Shown: one piece after another, positions 36,557 through 49,597 of the stretch
How positions within the stretch are numbered: the stretch's first letter is position 1
How the letters are laid out: each line of letters opens with the position of its first letter
From: Lytechinus pictus
Lineage: Eukaryota
DNA length: 64,000 nucleotides
Direction of reading: 5' to 3'
NCBI RefSeq assembly: GCF_037042905.1
Contig: NC_087250.1
Coordinates: 20,090,001 to 20,154,000, forward strand
Made by a program: the position numbers and the translations under genes
Notes under the pieces: generated by a model
What the model was told of the DNA's origin: nothing
Database searches by the model: none
What the model saw: only the letters and a program-made list of their open reading frames with translations

Positions 36557-37569
36557 TCAGTAACGAGTGTGACCACCTCCTGCAGCAATAACGGCTTCAC
36601 AGCGCTGTCTCATGGAGCTGATGAGGCGATTGATGTCTCTGACGTCCAGTGCATCCCATGCAGCCTCCAGAGCCACACCCAGCTGCTGCAGTCCAAGTGG
36701 ATGGGCTTCGAGCTGCTCGAGACTCCTCCCCATCATGTCCCAGACGTGCTCTATCGGGTTTAAGTCCGGGGACCTCGCTGGCCACTCCATACGCTCAATC
36801 CCCTGGCCCTCAAGGAACTCGGTCACCACCCTAGCTCGGTGGGCACGGACATTGTCATCCATGAAAATGATGTTTTGTCCCACATTTTCTGCAAATGGCA
36901 CCACTATAGGTTCAAGGACCTCATCCCTGTACCTCACTCCTGTCATTGCTCCCCCTGGGACCACGTAGAGACGAGTACGGTTGGTGTAGGTGATGCCTCC
37001 CCACACCATGACGCTGCCTCCCCCATAACGGTCATGTTCTGCAATACAGGGGTCTGCAAATCTCTCTCCTGGTCGCCTCCAGACTCTCGAACGTCCATCA
37101 TTGTGGTCAAGGGAAAATCTGCTCTCATCTGTGAACAGAACTCTACGCCATTGCTGTCTGGTCCATCTGACATGCTCCCGGGCCCAGTTGAGACGAATTC
37201 TTCTGTGAGCAGGGGTGAGTGGGACACACTGAGCTGGCCGTCTGGCATGCATATTGGCTCTGTGAAGTCGGTTACGGATTGTTTGAGTGGAAACAATCAC
37301 TCCAGTTGCTGCAGCGAAGTCATTGTTGAGGCGGCGTGCACTGTGAAAGCGGTTGCGGAGGCTGAGATTCGTCAAGTAGCGATCATCTCTAGGGGTTGTC
37401 GAAACTGGTCGGCCACTGCGGGGTCTCTCGGAGTATAGCCCTGTCTCTCGGTGTCTTTGATTTGCTCTGCTAATGACACTGTGTGACACGCCCATCATTC
37501 TGGCTACTCTTCGCTGACTGAGGCCAGCTTCCAGCATCCCTAGGGCTCTGGCTACATCTGTTTCACTTA
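36557..37569 (-). CDS. Tc1-family transposase, open but lacking its first ~6 codons
   Basis: HTH domains, RSGRP, TDESRF, VMVWGGI, MDDN, WPARSPDLNPIE; 34 residues between second D and E; native MPRHHL start replaced by a duplication junction. Confidence 0.93.
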
Positions 37570-38270
37570 TTTTCTGCAAATGGCACCACTATAGGTTCAA
37601 GGACCTCATCCCTGTACCTCACTCCTGTCATTGCTCCCCCTGGGACCACGTAGAGACGAGTACGGTTGGCGTAGGTGATGCCTCCCCACACCATGACGCT
37701 GCCTCCCCCATAACGGTCATGTTCTGCAATACAGGGGTCTGCAAATCTCTCTCCTGGTCGCCTCCAGACTCTCGAACGTCCATCATTGTGGTCAAGGGAA
37801 AATCTGCTCTCATCTGTGAACAGAACTCTACGCCATTGCTGTCTGGTCCATCTGACATGCTCCCGGGCCCAGTTGAGACGAATTCTTATGTGAGCAGGGG
37901 TGAGTGGGACACACTGAGCTGGCCGTCTGGCATGCATATTGGCTCTGTGAAGTCGGTTACGGATTGTTTGAGTGGAAACAATCACTCCAGTTGCTGCAGC
38001 GAAGTCATTGTTGAGGCGGCGTGCACTGTGAAAGCGGTTGCGGAGGCTGAGATTCGTCAAGTAGCGATCATCTCTAGGGGTTGTCGAAACTGGTCGGCCA
38101 CTGCGGGGTCTCTCGGAGTATAGCCCTGTCTCTCGGTGTCTTTGATTTGCTCTGCTAATGACACTGTGTGACACGCCCATCATTCTGGCTACTCTTCGCT
38201 GACTGAGGCCAGTTTCCAGCATCCCTAGGGCTCTGGCTACATCTGTTTCACTTAGGTGGTGTCTTGGCAT
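37563..38270 (-). pseudogene. Truncated Tc1 transposase (native ATG, stops before the second D and the E)
   Basis: MPRHHLSETDV...VVPFAENK*; 685 bp tandem duplication relative to the downstream copy. Confidence 0.9.
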
Positions 38271-38601
38271 TGCTATCCAGCTGTCCAGGATGCCATCAAA
38301 CACAATGAAATCAATTTCACACATGCAGTTCTTTCATGTCTCTTGCATCATTGCAATGTGCCCGTACAAAAGTGGCTTCCAAAGCATTTTCTGTCTTTAG
38401 TCTCTACAATCAACAACTTGCTGACAATAGCAATGCCAAGATACAGCTGTCCAGAATGCCATCAAACACAATGACATCAATTTCACACATGCAGTTCTTT
38501 CATGATGTCTCTGGCATCATTGCAGTGGGCCATAAGACAAGTGTCTTCCAAAGCATTTTCCGTCTTTAGTCTGTACAATCAACAACTTGCCTACAACAGC
38601 A

Positions 38602-39422
38602 ATGCCAAGACACCACCTAAGTGAAACAGATGTAGCCAGAGCCCTAGGGATGCTGGAAGCTGGCCTCAGTCAGCGAAGAGTAGCCAGAATGATGGGCGTG
38701 TCACACAGTGACTTCACAGAGCCAATATGCATGCCAGACGGCCAGCTCAGTATGTCCCACTCACCCCTGCTCACAGAAGAATTCGTCTCAACTGGGCCCG
38801 GGAGCATGTCAGATGGACCAGACAGCAATGGCGTAGAGTTCTGTTCACAGATGAGAGCAGATTTTCCCTTGACCACAATGATGGACGTTCGAGAGTCTGG
38901 AGGCGACCAGGAGAGAGATTTGCAGACCCCTGTATTGCAGAACATGACCGTTATGGGGGAGGCAGCGTCATGGTGTGAGGAGGCATCACCTACGCCAACC
39001 GTACTCGTCTCTACGTGGTCCCAGGGGGAGCAATGACAGGAGTGAGGTACAGGGATGAGGTCCTTGAACCTATAGTGGTGCCATTTGCAGAAAATGTGGG
39101 ACAAAACATCATTTTCATGGATGACAATGCCCGTGCCCACCGAGCTAGGGTGGTGACCGAGTTCCTTGAGGGCCAGGGGATTGAGCGTATGGAGTGGCCA
39201 GCGAGGTCCCCGGACTTAAACCCGATAGAGCACGTCTGGGACATGATGGGGAGGAGTCTCGAGCAGCTCGAAGCCCATCCACTTGGACTGCAGCAGCTGG
39301 GTGTGGCTCTGGAGGCTGCATGGGATGCACTGGACGTCAGAGACATCAATCGCCTCATCAGCTCCATGAGACAGCGCTGTGAAGCCGTTATTGCTGCAGG
39401 AGGTGGTCACACTCGTTACTGA
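38602..39422 (+). pseudogene. Defective Tc1 transposase copy in opposite orientation
   Basis: Native ATG at 38602; ~210 bp internal deletion at 38710 shifting the frame; TGG>TGA at 38976-38978. Confidence 0.92.
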
Positions 39423-39854
39423 ACTGCCTGAAAGACACTCAGACATTCGTTTTTACCACTTCATGTCGGTAGCTGATACCCCTCGGGGCCCACTTTTCAG
39501 GATGTGCAGTGATGCGAGAGACATTGTGCAACAACTGAAACCACCCATGCGTGAAATTGATTACAGCGTGTTTAAGGACATTTAGGACAGTTGTACTGAG
39601 GTATTTCCAGAAATAAAACACCTTGTATAAAATCTTTATGTACGTTTTAAAAAGTGGTCCTTAACTTTTTTTTAGTAGTGTATTTCACTTAAACTGCCTC
39701 TTTCATCTGTCATCTATCAGTAGATCGTGTGTTCTTTCTATAGTGAGAGCATGTCATGCAGATTTTTAAATGAATATTATTATGGATAAGGAGTTTGTAT
39801 CACCATTATGGAAGAGCAGAACGAGACATTTTGGAGGCATTTTTTGGTCCATCA

Positions 39855-41615
39855 CAGAGGTGGATCAAGCTTTCGCAAAAGGGGGGGGGGTGGCGATTTT
39901 TTTTACCCATGTTTTCCCCGATCGGCCGCTTTTTATTTGTTTCTTTGAAGGGGTAGTCCTAACAGTCACTTCTTATCTTTATTATCACAAAAACATAGAT
40001 AAATAACAATCTCAATGTGTTGGCTCTGTTGGTAGAGCGTCCGTCTCACAACCGGGAGGCCGGGGGTTCAAACCCCCCAAAAAGTTAAAAGATGGGAGTT
40101 GCTGCTACCTTATTTGGCGTTCAACGATTAAAGGGATAGAGCCTCGTCGATCTGGCGCTGCGCAGCGACAGCCGGGCCCTCGTTCGGAGTAATTCATTTC
40201 ATGTCTATTTCGAACAATAAAAACATGGATTTTCATATCAGACCTAATTAAATAGTACGAGCGCGAGCTAATTTTTTCAGGAAATTTCATGTATTTTGAA
40301 CAAAAATTGAACATTTGATCTGAGCATTGTTGTGATCGTGAACAAGATCTGTATGTAACTAAATAATTACTGCGAGCGCGAATCGCAAGCAAAAATTTTT
40401 AATGTACGTTCTGACCATGGAAAACAGATCTTAAGGACTGTTTGAAGTCACCCATGAAAACGATACATATTTCAACAATCCAAATAATTCGAGCGCGAAG
40501 AACGAGGTGAAAATTTTTGACATTTTGACCCAACAATTTGACATTCTAAGCACTTTTTGTAATTATAAGCAGGATAGGTACATAACTAAACATTTCATGC
40601 AAGCGCGAAGCGTGAGCGAAAAAAAAAATAATAGATATAGACCTAAAAACGGGACACAGTATTCGTGTTTCGTAAATCACAAAACGGATGACTAATTGGG
40701 TATCTTCATAAATTAATAATGAGAGCGCGAAGCGCGAGAAGAAATTTTTTGATATTCTGGTATGAAACTGGATAATTTAAGTCCGTTTTGAATAAAGAAC
40801 AAACTGCGTATTTGTTGCGTGCGCTTGTTTTTTGAGATCTCGACCTAGAATCTGGGCATTTTAAATGCATTTCTTTTATTATGAAAATCAATAATGCGCG
40901 AGCGCGAACTGAAAAATTATGGCGATTTGAAGAGGGTCAATTTAAGCACTATTTCAAGCATCGTAGGAAATTTGTGAAGTGGATATGGATCGTAAAACGC
41001 GAGCAGATTTTTTAAAATGATTATTTAGACCAAGCACTCGGGACAATTGTACGGACATTTTGTCATCATATGAAATTGACTATTTTCCTGTTCCCCTTCC
41101 TAAGCGCGAGATGAAACTTGTCGATATCGATATTCCGTTCTGAAAAAAGGGACAAAGTCATTATTAGGAATTCATGAAACTGTTACCTTATTTATCAATC
41201 TAATATTAATGAGAGTTCGAAATCTGTTGATATTAAAGCCTGAAAACAGGACATTTTAAACATTTTTGAATATTTTTTACGGCCTACTTGTCTGTGCGCA
41301 TTGTGGTAATACGCCTATGCAGAGCTAATCGGCCGTTGATGGATAGAGTGCAGGAGACCCATGTGCAGGGAATGTCTTGAGGTGAGCACAGTTGCGGTGG
41401 CGTGGATTGCCTACATGACTACCAACAGAATGCGGTGCCACTGCGATCGGGCCGGTCGTTACGAGGCCGTAAATGAAACATGGAGATAATACCTCCTTCT
41501 TACCTTTCTTTCTGTTTTTCAGTGTTTCTCTCAAGTTAAAAGGACATTTTTTTTGGTTGCCAAAAAAAAAATAGGGGGGGGGGGGCTGGGCCGGCCCCCC
41601 TTAGATCCGCGCCTG
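39855..41615. mobile_element. Non-autonomous DNA element with GCGAGCGCGAAGCGCGAG internal motifs, carrying a SINE fragment (~40018-40180) and a small MITE (~41277-41473)
   Basis: Ends CAGAGGTGGATC...GATCCGCGCCTG; paralogous partial copies at ~50737-51557 and ~60370-60820. Confidence 0.7.
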
Positions 41616-43659
41616 CATCAATAAATGGAAAGTTGTTCATGTGACGGCAAACATCTTTGTTGCATTGCCAATGGGAGGATCTTCATAGCATTAGTAATGT
41701 CAACATTCAAATGGTCACAACTTTCTCATTATTAATTGTCTGTTTTTTTTTCAAACTTTCTTTGATCTTATTCTTTGATTTTTCTGATTCCACACAAGCC
41801 CATGTTTTTCAAAGTTTTCATTTCCCTTTAAACAATCATATTCAACAAGATTTTGATCTTAATTTAATTTTAATTTTTAATTAAGTACATTGTTTCTATT
41901 CATGATAATCAATAAACTTAGGTAGAATAAACAGTAATAATACGAACAATAATTATATTATATTTCACCTTATAAAAACCGTTCTGCGGCCCCTGTAATA
42001 AATGCATGAATGCCATTTTCATTTGAAAAGTCGGGGAGTGGGGGGGGGGCAGTGACGATAGATGGCACTCATTGTGGTCGCGTAAAAGGTTCGTATGTGT
42101 GTTTGATTTTATTTTAACAGACTTTTAATAGTCAGAGATGTTTATTATGGGAAGACCTTTAACGCCACCATCCAGAAGACGTGACCAGGGCTTGAACCTC
42201 GAACTTCTGTATCAATTCGTAACTTCACCATGTGGCTAGGATTACAGGCGCACATTACAACGTTGAACACTAGCAAGTGATACACAACACACAGATCGTT
42301 CCCACTTTAAAAAGACTGGGCTATCTTGAAACGCCGAAGACGGGGGGAGGGGGGGGGGGAGACTTCGACTGCGCAATCACGACGAAAATCGGCATGCGTG
42401 TTACTCATGGCATAATCTACGAAACTATAAGATCAACTTCTATGAGAATTCTCGTAACTAATTAATATTGTTTCTTTTATTATTTTCTGTTTTTCATTTT
42501 CACACAATCTCCCCTGTTCTAATCGATTATTTGTAATGGATCAATCGATTATAGTTCAATTTTGTTATTTAAAAAAAATATTTTTCACGACAACTCGTTA
42601 CCAGTAGAATGTGGGATTTTATATATCATATATATTTATATATTTTAACATCTTTAGGCTAAGATAACAATGTAAACAAATCGTTTATAACAAAAAAAAT
42701 ATGTTACTCACTAGCATAATTATCTATTTAAAAATAAATAATTATGATATTGTTTCGAATGTTACATTAATCTTAATCTTATAATTTAATTTAACATTAT
42801 TTTGGCAGTGGACTGCATATGTTTGAAGTTCACTACGTGTGTGTATTTCAGTTTTGTCAGACGTGTATCAATCAGATATGATTATTTACGTCTGGGACCG
42901 CCGACCTTTAACGTCACCATCCAAAGACGTGACCGGGGTTCGAACATCTGCATCAATTTGTAACTTCCCCACACAGCTTGGATTACAGGCGCACGCCACA
43001 ACGAATAACTAGGATAGGTAAACATACTAATAAGAAATCGTCAAGTCGGACAATTAACACTATCAATTGACTATCCTAATGTCTGTCTGAATGATGAAAT
43101 AACAGAAGATTCTGGATAAAATTGTGTAACTGATAAGATAAAAAGACAAACAAGAATGACATTTCACAAACTTGTCGGGACCTTTCCACTCCTATGATAA
43201 TACACTGTTCCACGTGGGATTTATTTTTCAATTTATCATTATACTAATACATTTATGTAATATTGACTGGTATTGAGGGGAATATCAAATATGTCGCCCG
43301 CAACAGAAGTCCTTAGACGAGGGCAATATGGTTCTTTTAAGGGCAACATATTTCCCGGAAGAAGACCCAGTCAATATTATTATTACTATCTAAGGCTGTA
43401 CAGTGTATAATTCAAGCAATTATTTGGAAAAAATTATTTATATGCCTGTTTGCTAATCACTACCGGGATCACTTCTACTGATTTCAGGTTATTCACGAAC
43501 TTAGCGAAGTACCCTTAATATTTGTGACGTATTTACCTTGCAGTCGCGCACGCGCACTTACACTTAACACGTAGAAATCATGCACTTGCCGGGTCGCGAA
43601 TATTTTTCCGTACATGGAAACGCTTGGGACATGAAATATTCATGAGTTGAGCTAAAAAA

Positions 43660-46600
43660 CTGAAGTGCACTGTATGTACAGATTGGTTGCATATTGGCTG
43701 TATTGGTATAAGCCCTCAAGATTATGATAACTTATCAATCGCCTTTGAAAATTGGATGTGCCCAAAGTGCGTATTTACAGAACTCCCCTTCTACAACCAA
43801 GAACAACTAGATTTTTAAACTTTGTCCACATCCGTTAATCCAGAGGCTGAGAATACTCATGTTTATACCGATCAATGCCACATCAAATTCGACAATCTTA
43901 ACTGCAGGGGGCTAAATGTAAACAGTCTCATTCGACACCTTGACGAAGTCAAGTCAATACTACTACTCAATAAAATTGATATATTTGCTGTGAACGAGAC
44001 CAAGATACACAACTCAATAAGTAGTTTTGAGGTAGATATTGAGAACTATGTCATGATTCGGAGAGACCGAAACCGTCAAGATGGCGGTGTCGCCCTCTAT
44101 GTCCATAAATCCTTAAAAACAGAGTGTATTACACAACATGACTCATTTAAAGGAGAATGAAACTCTTGGAGCAAGTTAGCTTTTGTGAAAGCAGAAAAAT
44201 CGAAGAATAAGATCAACAAAAGTTTGAGTAAAATAGGACTAGCAATAGAAGAATTATGAGCATTTGAATGTCCAGATCACTAATGCTATGGGGATCCTCC
44301 CGTTGGCAATGCGACCAGGATCTATGATGCCACAGATGAACAACTCTCCCCTTTTGGACGCTGAAAATATACCCCAAAACATCTCTTTTTGCTCATTCTA
44401 ATCATATGAAAAATGATTCATCAATGATATAATGTTGTGAAACCTCTGTACTTGTCCTCTCATAAAGAAAACACCTCACCTTGTGATAGACTCTATAAAA
44501 GTGAGAATATAAGTGAAATAAGTACTAAAGTAATGAGGGAGTTGTACGTGTGTGACATCACAGATCTTGGTCGCATTGCCAATGGGAGGGTCTACATGGC
44601 ATTAGTGATCTCAATATTCAAATGCTCATAACTTTCTTATTATTAATTCAATCTTCCTCAAACTTTCAACAATATGTTTCTTTGATTTTTCTCTTTGATA
44701 TGGATTCAGCTGGTTTCAAGGGTTTCATTCTCCTTTAAGGAATTAGAAATTGTAGCTACTATCGTTCATTGGAAGAATTGTAAACCGCTTTTGGTTGCTA
44801 CCTGGTATAGACCGCTAAATTCCAAAATCGATGTACTTCTTGCAAATGAGGCATTTTTACAGCATGTTGATAGACTTAAGAAATATATTATATTAATTGG
44901 TGACATTAACTGTGATCTGTTATCGCATGCTATTTCTTCTCACACAAGAATGTATTGTGAAATTAATGACATCTACGCTATCAAACAGGTAAATACCACA
45001 GAACCCACAAGGTTAACCAGCCAGTCCGCCACTCTTGTTGATCACATGTCATGTAACTGTTCACATGGAATAAAATCGCATGGTGTCATTCATAGCGGAT
45101 TAAGTGATCACTCCATGAGCTTTTTGATACTAAAATCCGAATCTACTCCATTCCCAAGAATTGTCCAGTTTAGAGACTATAAACACTTTGATATAGATAA
45201 ATTTAGAATTGACCTTAAAACTCAACCATGGGAGAAGGTAAAAGATTTTGACAATATAGATGATGCTGTTGAGTCTTGGCAAAGCTTTTTTACTGATGTA
45301 ATCGATAAGCACATGCCTGTCCGAACAAAAAGGTCAAAACAACGCAATACTCTCTGGATGAATTTGAATATATAGAAGCTTATGAGAGATCGAGACAAGA
45401 CAAAACGTAAAGCTCTTAGAACCAAAGATAATGACATGATGTCACAATACAGAATGCTTTGCAATAAAGTCACACTTGAAATTCGAAAAGCCAAGCGAAA
45501 ATACTTTACTGACAAATTTTCAAATATGAAAGTAGACCCTAGGCAAACTTGGAGAGTCCTAAAATCAGTAATTTCGGATAACAAATCTGATTCTTCCTTC
45601 AGTGAATTAAGGGAGAATTGCGATATAGCCGAGAAATTCAACTCATACTTTTCTGGTAATGGAACAGTTCTAGCTGACACACTTCCAGCAACGATACCTT
45701 CAAGTGACTACTACCAAGTCATCAACAGCACATTCAATTTTACCTCCATTCATGATTCAGAAACTCTGAAACTGATAAAGAGACTGAAAAATAAGAAATC
45801 TACTGGACTAAATTGAATATCTGTATATATTTTGAAACTAAGCGCTCTAGAAATTACCTATTTAATCAACAAATCATTGAAAGATGGGAAATTCCCTAGT
45901 TGTTGGAAAGCTGCTAAAATTGTACCTAGACATAAACATGGTGATAAGTTCTCTCCTGACAATTTTCGACCTATTTCACTGTTACCCTGTGTGTCCAAGA
46001 TACTAGAACGTGTTGTGCAACGCCAACTTCTAGAATATCTCCATAAGAATGACATTTTATGTGAACAACAGTCTGGATTTAGGCCGTTGCATTCCACTAC
46101 ATCAACGTTAATCAAAGTCACCGACGATTGGCTGAAGGCCATGGATGATTCCAAATATACGGGTGCTGTATTTATCGATTTGCGAAAGGCTTTCGATACC
46201 ATAGATCATCAAATCCTGATTAAGAAAATGAATAATATTGGTATACAAAGCTTAACCGGCCAATGGTTCTATAGCTATTTAACCGGTATAACATGTCAAA
46301 CACTGTTAGTCACTCTCTTTCATCTACCAAAGTCACTTCATGTGGGGTCCCACAAGAATCATAATTAGGGCCGCTTTTATTTATCATATATGTTAACGAT
46401 CTTAGCATCAAAATAAAGTCAAGTAAACTAAAATTGTACGCTGACGATACAGTACTATATTATTGTAATGCCTCAGTCCGTGAAATTGAATCTACTTTAA
46501 ACAGCGATCTACTTATTTTAAATCAATGGATGGCTGAAAATAGATTAAGTGTTAACTACGAAAAAACAGTCTGCATGTTAATTGGCAGTCGTCATATGTT

Positions 46601-46920
46601 GTCAAAAGACAAATGCCTGAATGTAAATCTAGGCACGAACAAAATCAAACAGGTTAATGATGTTAAATACTTAGGTGTAATTTGTGACGACCAAATCAAA
46701 TGGAATACTCATATTGATAAAATGATAAAAAAGATAGGTCAAATGGTTGGATTTCTTGGTAGGTTAAGAAGCTTTCTAAACGAAACTATTCTCAAACTCA
46801 TTTATAAAACCTTTTATTCTTTCCCACTTTGATTATGGAGATATTATTTATGGATCAGCCAGTAAATACCTAACGGAAAGACTTCAAAAACTCCCAAACC
46901 GTGCTGGTCGTTTAATTTTT
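43660..46920 (+). mobile_element. Decayed CR1/L2-group LINE: partial PHD finger, APE, RT
   Basis: CTVCTDWLHIGC...WMCPKC..ELPF; LNVNSL, AVNETK, RRDRNRQDGGV, WYRP, GDIN, SDH; FRPISLLP, QSGFR, FIDLRKAFD, YADD, KYLG; stops and frameshifts. Confidence 0.92.
44151..44734. mobile_element. TTAA-specific Kolobok-like element, 584 bp, copy 2, splitting the LINE APE domain
   Basis: Same TIRs and length as 13470-14053; TTAA on both sides. Confidence 0.93.
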
Positions 46921-46924
46921 TATA

Positions 46925-47240
46925 TAAATAAGTTTTTAGAAGATTTTTCAAAGTCTCGACAGGAGGTACATTTTTATGTCTTCAGGAAGGCTATTCCACA
47001 AAGTGGGGCATGCAAAAGCAAACGATCTCCCCCCAAGTTTTTGAAACTTTTGGAATAACAACGAAGCCAGAAGTGGATGAGCTCAAAGACCTGCTTAGTC
47101 TACGTAGTAAATGATAAACGAAAGACTGCATTGTGGTGCTGATCCAATAATACTATGAAAAGCAAGCAACAAATTCTTAAAGATAATCCGATTTTTGATA
47201 GGGAGCCAGTGCATGCAACGAATTCAAGATGGGAGGGATA
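46925..47240 (-). pseudogene. 3' fragment of an L2-like LINE
   Basis: Minus strand gives degenerate HWLPIKNRIIFK and GGRSFA..AP.LWNSLPED C-terminal motifs. Confidence 0.65.
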
Positions 47241-49202
47241 TGAGAGCGTTTATTATGATGGACCTTTTTCATGTTACGCAATATAATAATGTCCAATATA
47301 TTTCATATACATTTTATTATAAAAAGTCGCAAGTTCATTATCATAGGGGGTAACTATTTAGAAAACCTTTAATTCCTCACTCGGTCTTTGACAAAAATGA
47401 ACTTTACACTTTTCATAATTTTTAATATCGATATGGTCAGAGGTTGATTGCAAGCCTTGCCATTAGTTAGGATATTATATCTTCATTAATTTCATCTGGC
47501 AAAATTTTATTCTGAGCAACAGAGAAAGAGAACTTGGTTGACATGTTCAGTAAGGAACAGAGATTAAGGTAGGGGGGGGGGTTGCAAGGACATTATGCGA
47601 GTCATTCATGATTCATACAGAAACACAGAGAGGCGAAAGTGCTAAGAGAGAGGAAGGGAGAGAGATTGCAAGAGAGAGGGGAAGAGAGAAATCGAAACTA
47701 GAGAAAGCGGGAGATTGGGATGGAGTCCATTCATTTATGTACAAGAGTGTGCTCGTCCATTCGTTCATGTGCAAATTGATGAAGCTGTAAAACTATCGTG
47801 AAGTCCATGCGCCTGCGCATGCGCCTGCGCACTTCAGTTTTTTTAGCCCGAGGAGGGCAACATGGCAAATGTTTACCTCGTTGGTCTCGGATTGAAAGTA
47901 GCGAGCGAAATATGGCTTTTATTTATCTCCTAAAATGCCTTGTATCGGTATAAAAAACGTTCTGTGGGCTCTGTAATAAATGCATCGATAACCTGTATTG
48001 ATTCAATCGATTATAGTTTAATTCCATTATTATTAAGAAAAAATCTCAACAACTCGTCATCTAAAGATTTTGGGTTTTTGTATCACATATTTCAATGTGT
48101 TTGTTGAATTTTTTTAATTTAGATTATAAAAGAAAGCAAACATTCTATATAAGAAAAAAAAAGATAGTCACTAGCATAATTATTTATTTAGATTATTATA
48201 AATTGTAACATTGGTTCAAACCGAAGAACTGTACACTGCTGTACATGGGTAAAAATTATTGATATTTTGGCAGTGGACTGCATACGTTATTAGTTCACTA
48301 ATACGAAGATAGTCAGCTAAACATTGGAGAAGTCGTCTAGACAGGATAGTTAACATTATAAGATGACTTCTCCATATGTCTGTTTGTTTAAATGATGAAA
48401 TATGTGACAGAAGAATCTGGAGAAAATTGTGTAACTGCTAAGATAAAAAGCCAAGCAAGCATGACATCTCACTAACTAACGAGGCGGGACCTTTTTACTC
48501 CTATATTAATGCGCTGTCCCACGTGGGATCTTTTTCATCGTATAATTCATAATCACACAAAGTTCGGTTTATGCAGTTGTGCCAGATTTAGATCTATGGT
48601 GACAATTCGGTGGATTCATTATTTGGTGCACTATCTATCGGTTGCAGTGAACAGGCCGATTGTCTATAACTTCGCGGTCGACATCGCGTGCAGGCTCAGG
48701 CAGCGTGCAGCGCTAGCTTACTGTAATGTAACTGTGATGCTTCATAAAAGTGTAGACTTGTGCTATAGGCCCACTTGAGTGGTAATACATTTCATGACTG
48801 TTCATGAATATATACCATCAAGAAGCAAAACAACGTTCCGTTACTCTCAAAAGCATTTTAATAATGTCTACAAAATTCAATAAAATCGAAGGCTAATCTA
48901 TCCTCTGTATTACCAATATTTATCTCAAAATATTTCGAGAATAGCAACTTATAACACACAGTCAATGAGAACGACCACAGGATTGAGTCCACACGCGCAT
49001 GCGTACTCTTATTCCAGAGACGCAAGCCATAAATATTCATATTGGGGTCGGAAGTCCGATGGGAAATTAATTTTGCAGGTGGCGACGGGAGGGGAAGGGG
49101 GTCGTCAATCACGCGATAGCGACGAAATTCGGCACGTACGTTTCCCTTGGCATAGTATACAAAACTTTAAGATCATGATCTACGAGAAACCTCATTACTT
49201 AA

Positions 49203-49597
49203 AGAGAAATTCCAGTAGTTGCAGTAAACACTGATTTCATGAGAAAGTCTGTAAAACCAGGCTTAATTGTCAGTATATCATCGAGGATCTAGATCTGGTA
49301 CAGTTACATAAACTGAACTTTGTGAAATCTTGAAATCTACGCTGAAAAATGTTCAGACTGAACTTCCCCAACACAGATAAGCGCACGTGGGACAGTGTAT
49401 AATTTTTGCCTTGAGCGTCGGGCCCGACGCTCTACCCGAATCCTGTGCTTATTTGCTGATTTCTCAGCAATTACACAATTTCTTCCAGAATCCTTTGGCA
49501 CATGCGTTTTATTTATACAAACAGACACTTTGGTGGTCATTTTATTGGATTCTGTAGAAACTCATTTTGATATCGTTACCAAAACTAGCATTTACCT
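49203..49597. mobile_element. TTAA-specific non-autonomous element, 395 bp
   Basis: TTAA-AGAGAAATTCCAGT...ACTAGCATTTACCT-TTAA; empty site CTCATTAC-TTAA-TAATTT at ~59744-59762. Confidence 0.88.

Larger units (their letters stand above)
36299..39680. mobile_element. Fold-back Tc1 (DD34E) composite bounded by two 3' ends
   Basis: TA-CACTACTCAAAAAAAGTTAAGGACCAC ... GTGGTCCTTAACTTTTTTTTAGTAGTG-TA; ~970 bp near-identical inverted arms; flanks are contiguous in the paralogous empty site at ~50550-50590. Confidence 0.95.

Noticed and set aside
36533..39621. Many short overlapping ORFs around the Tc1 copies
   Set aside because: Alternative-frame and antisense shadows of the transposase, duplicated by the inverted structure
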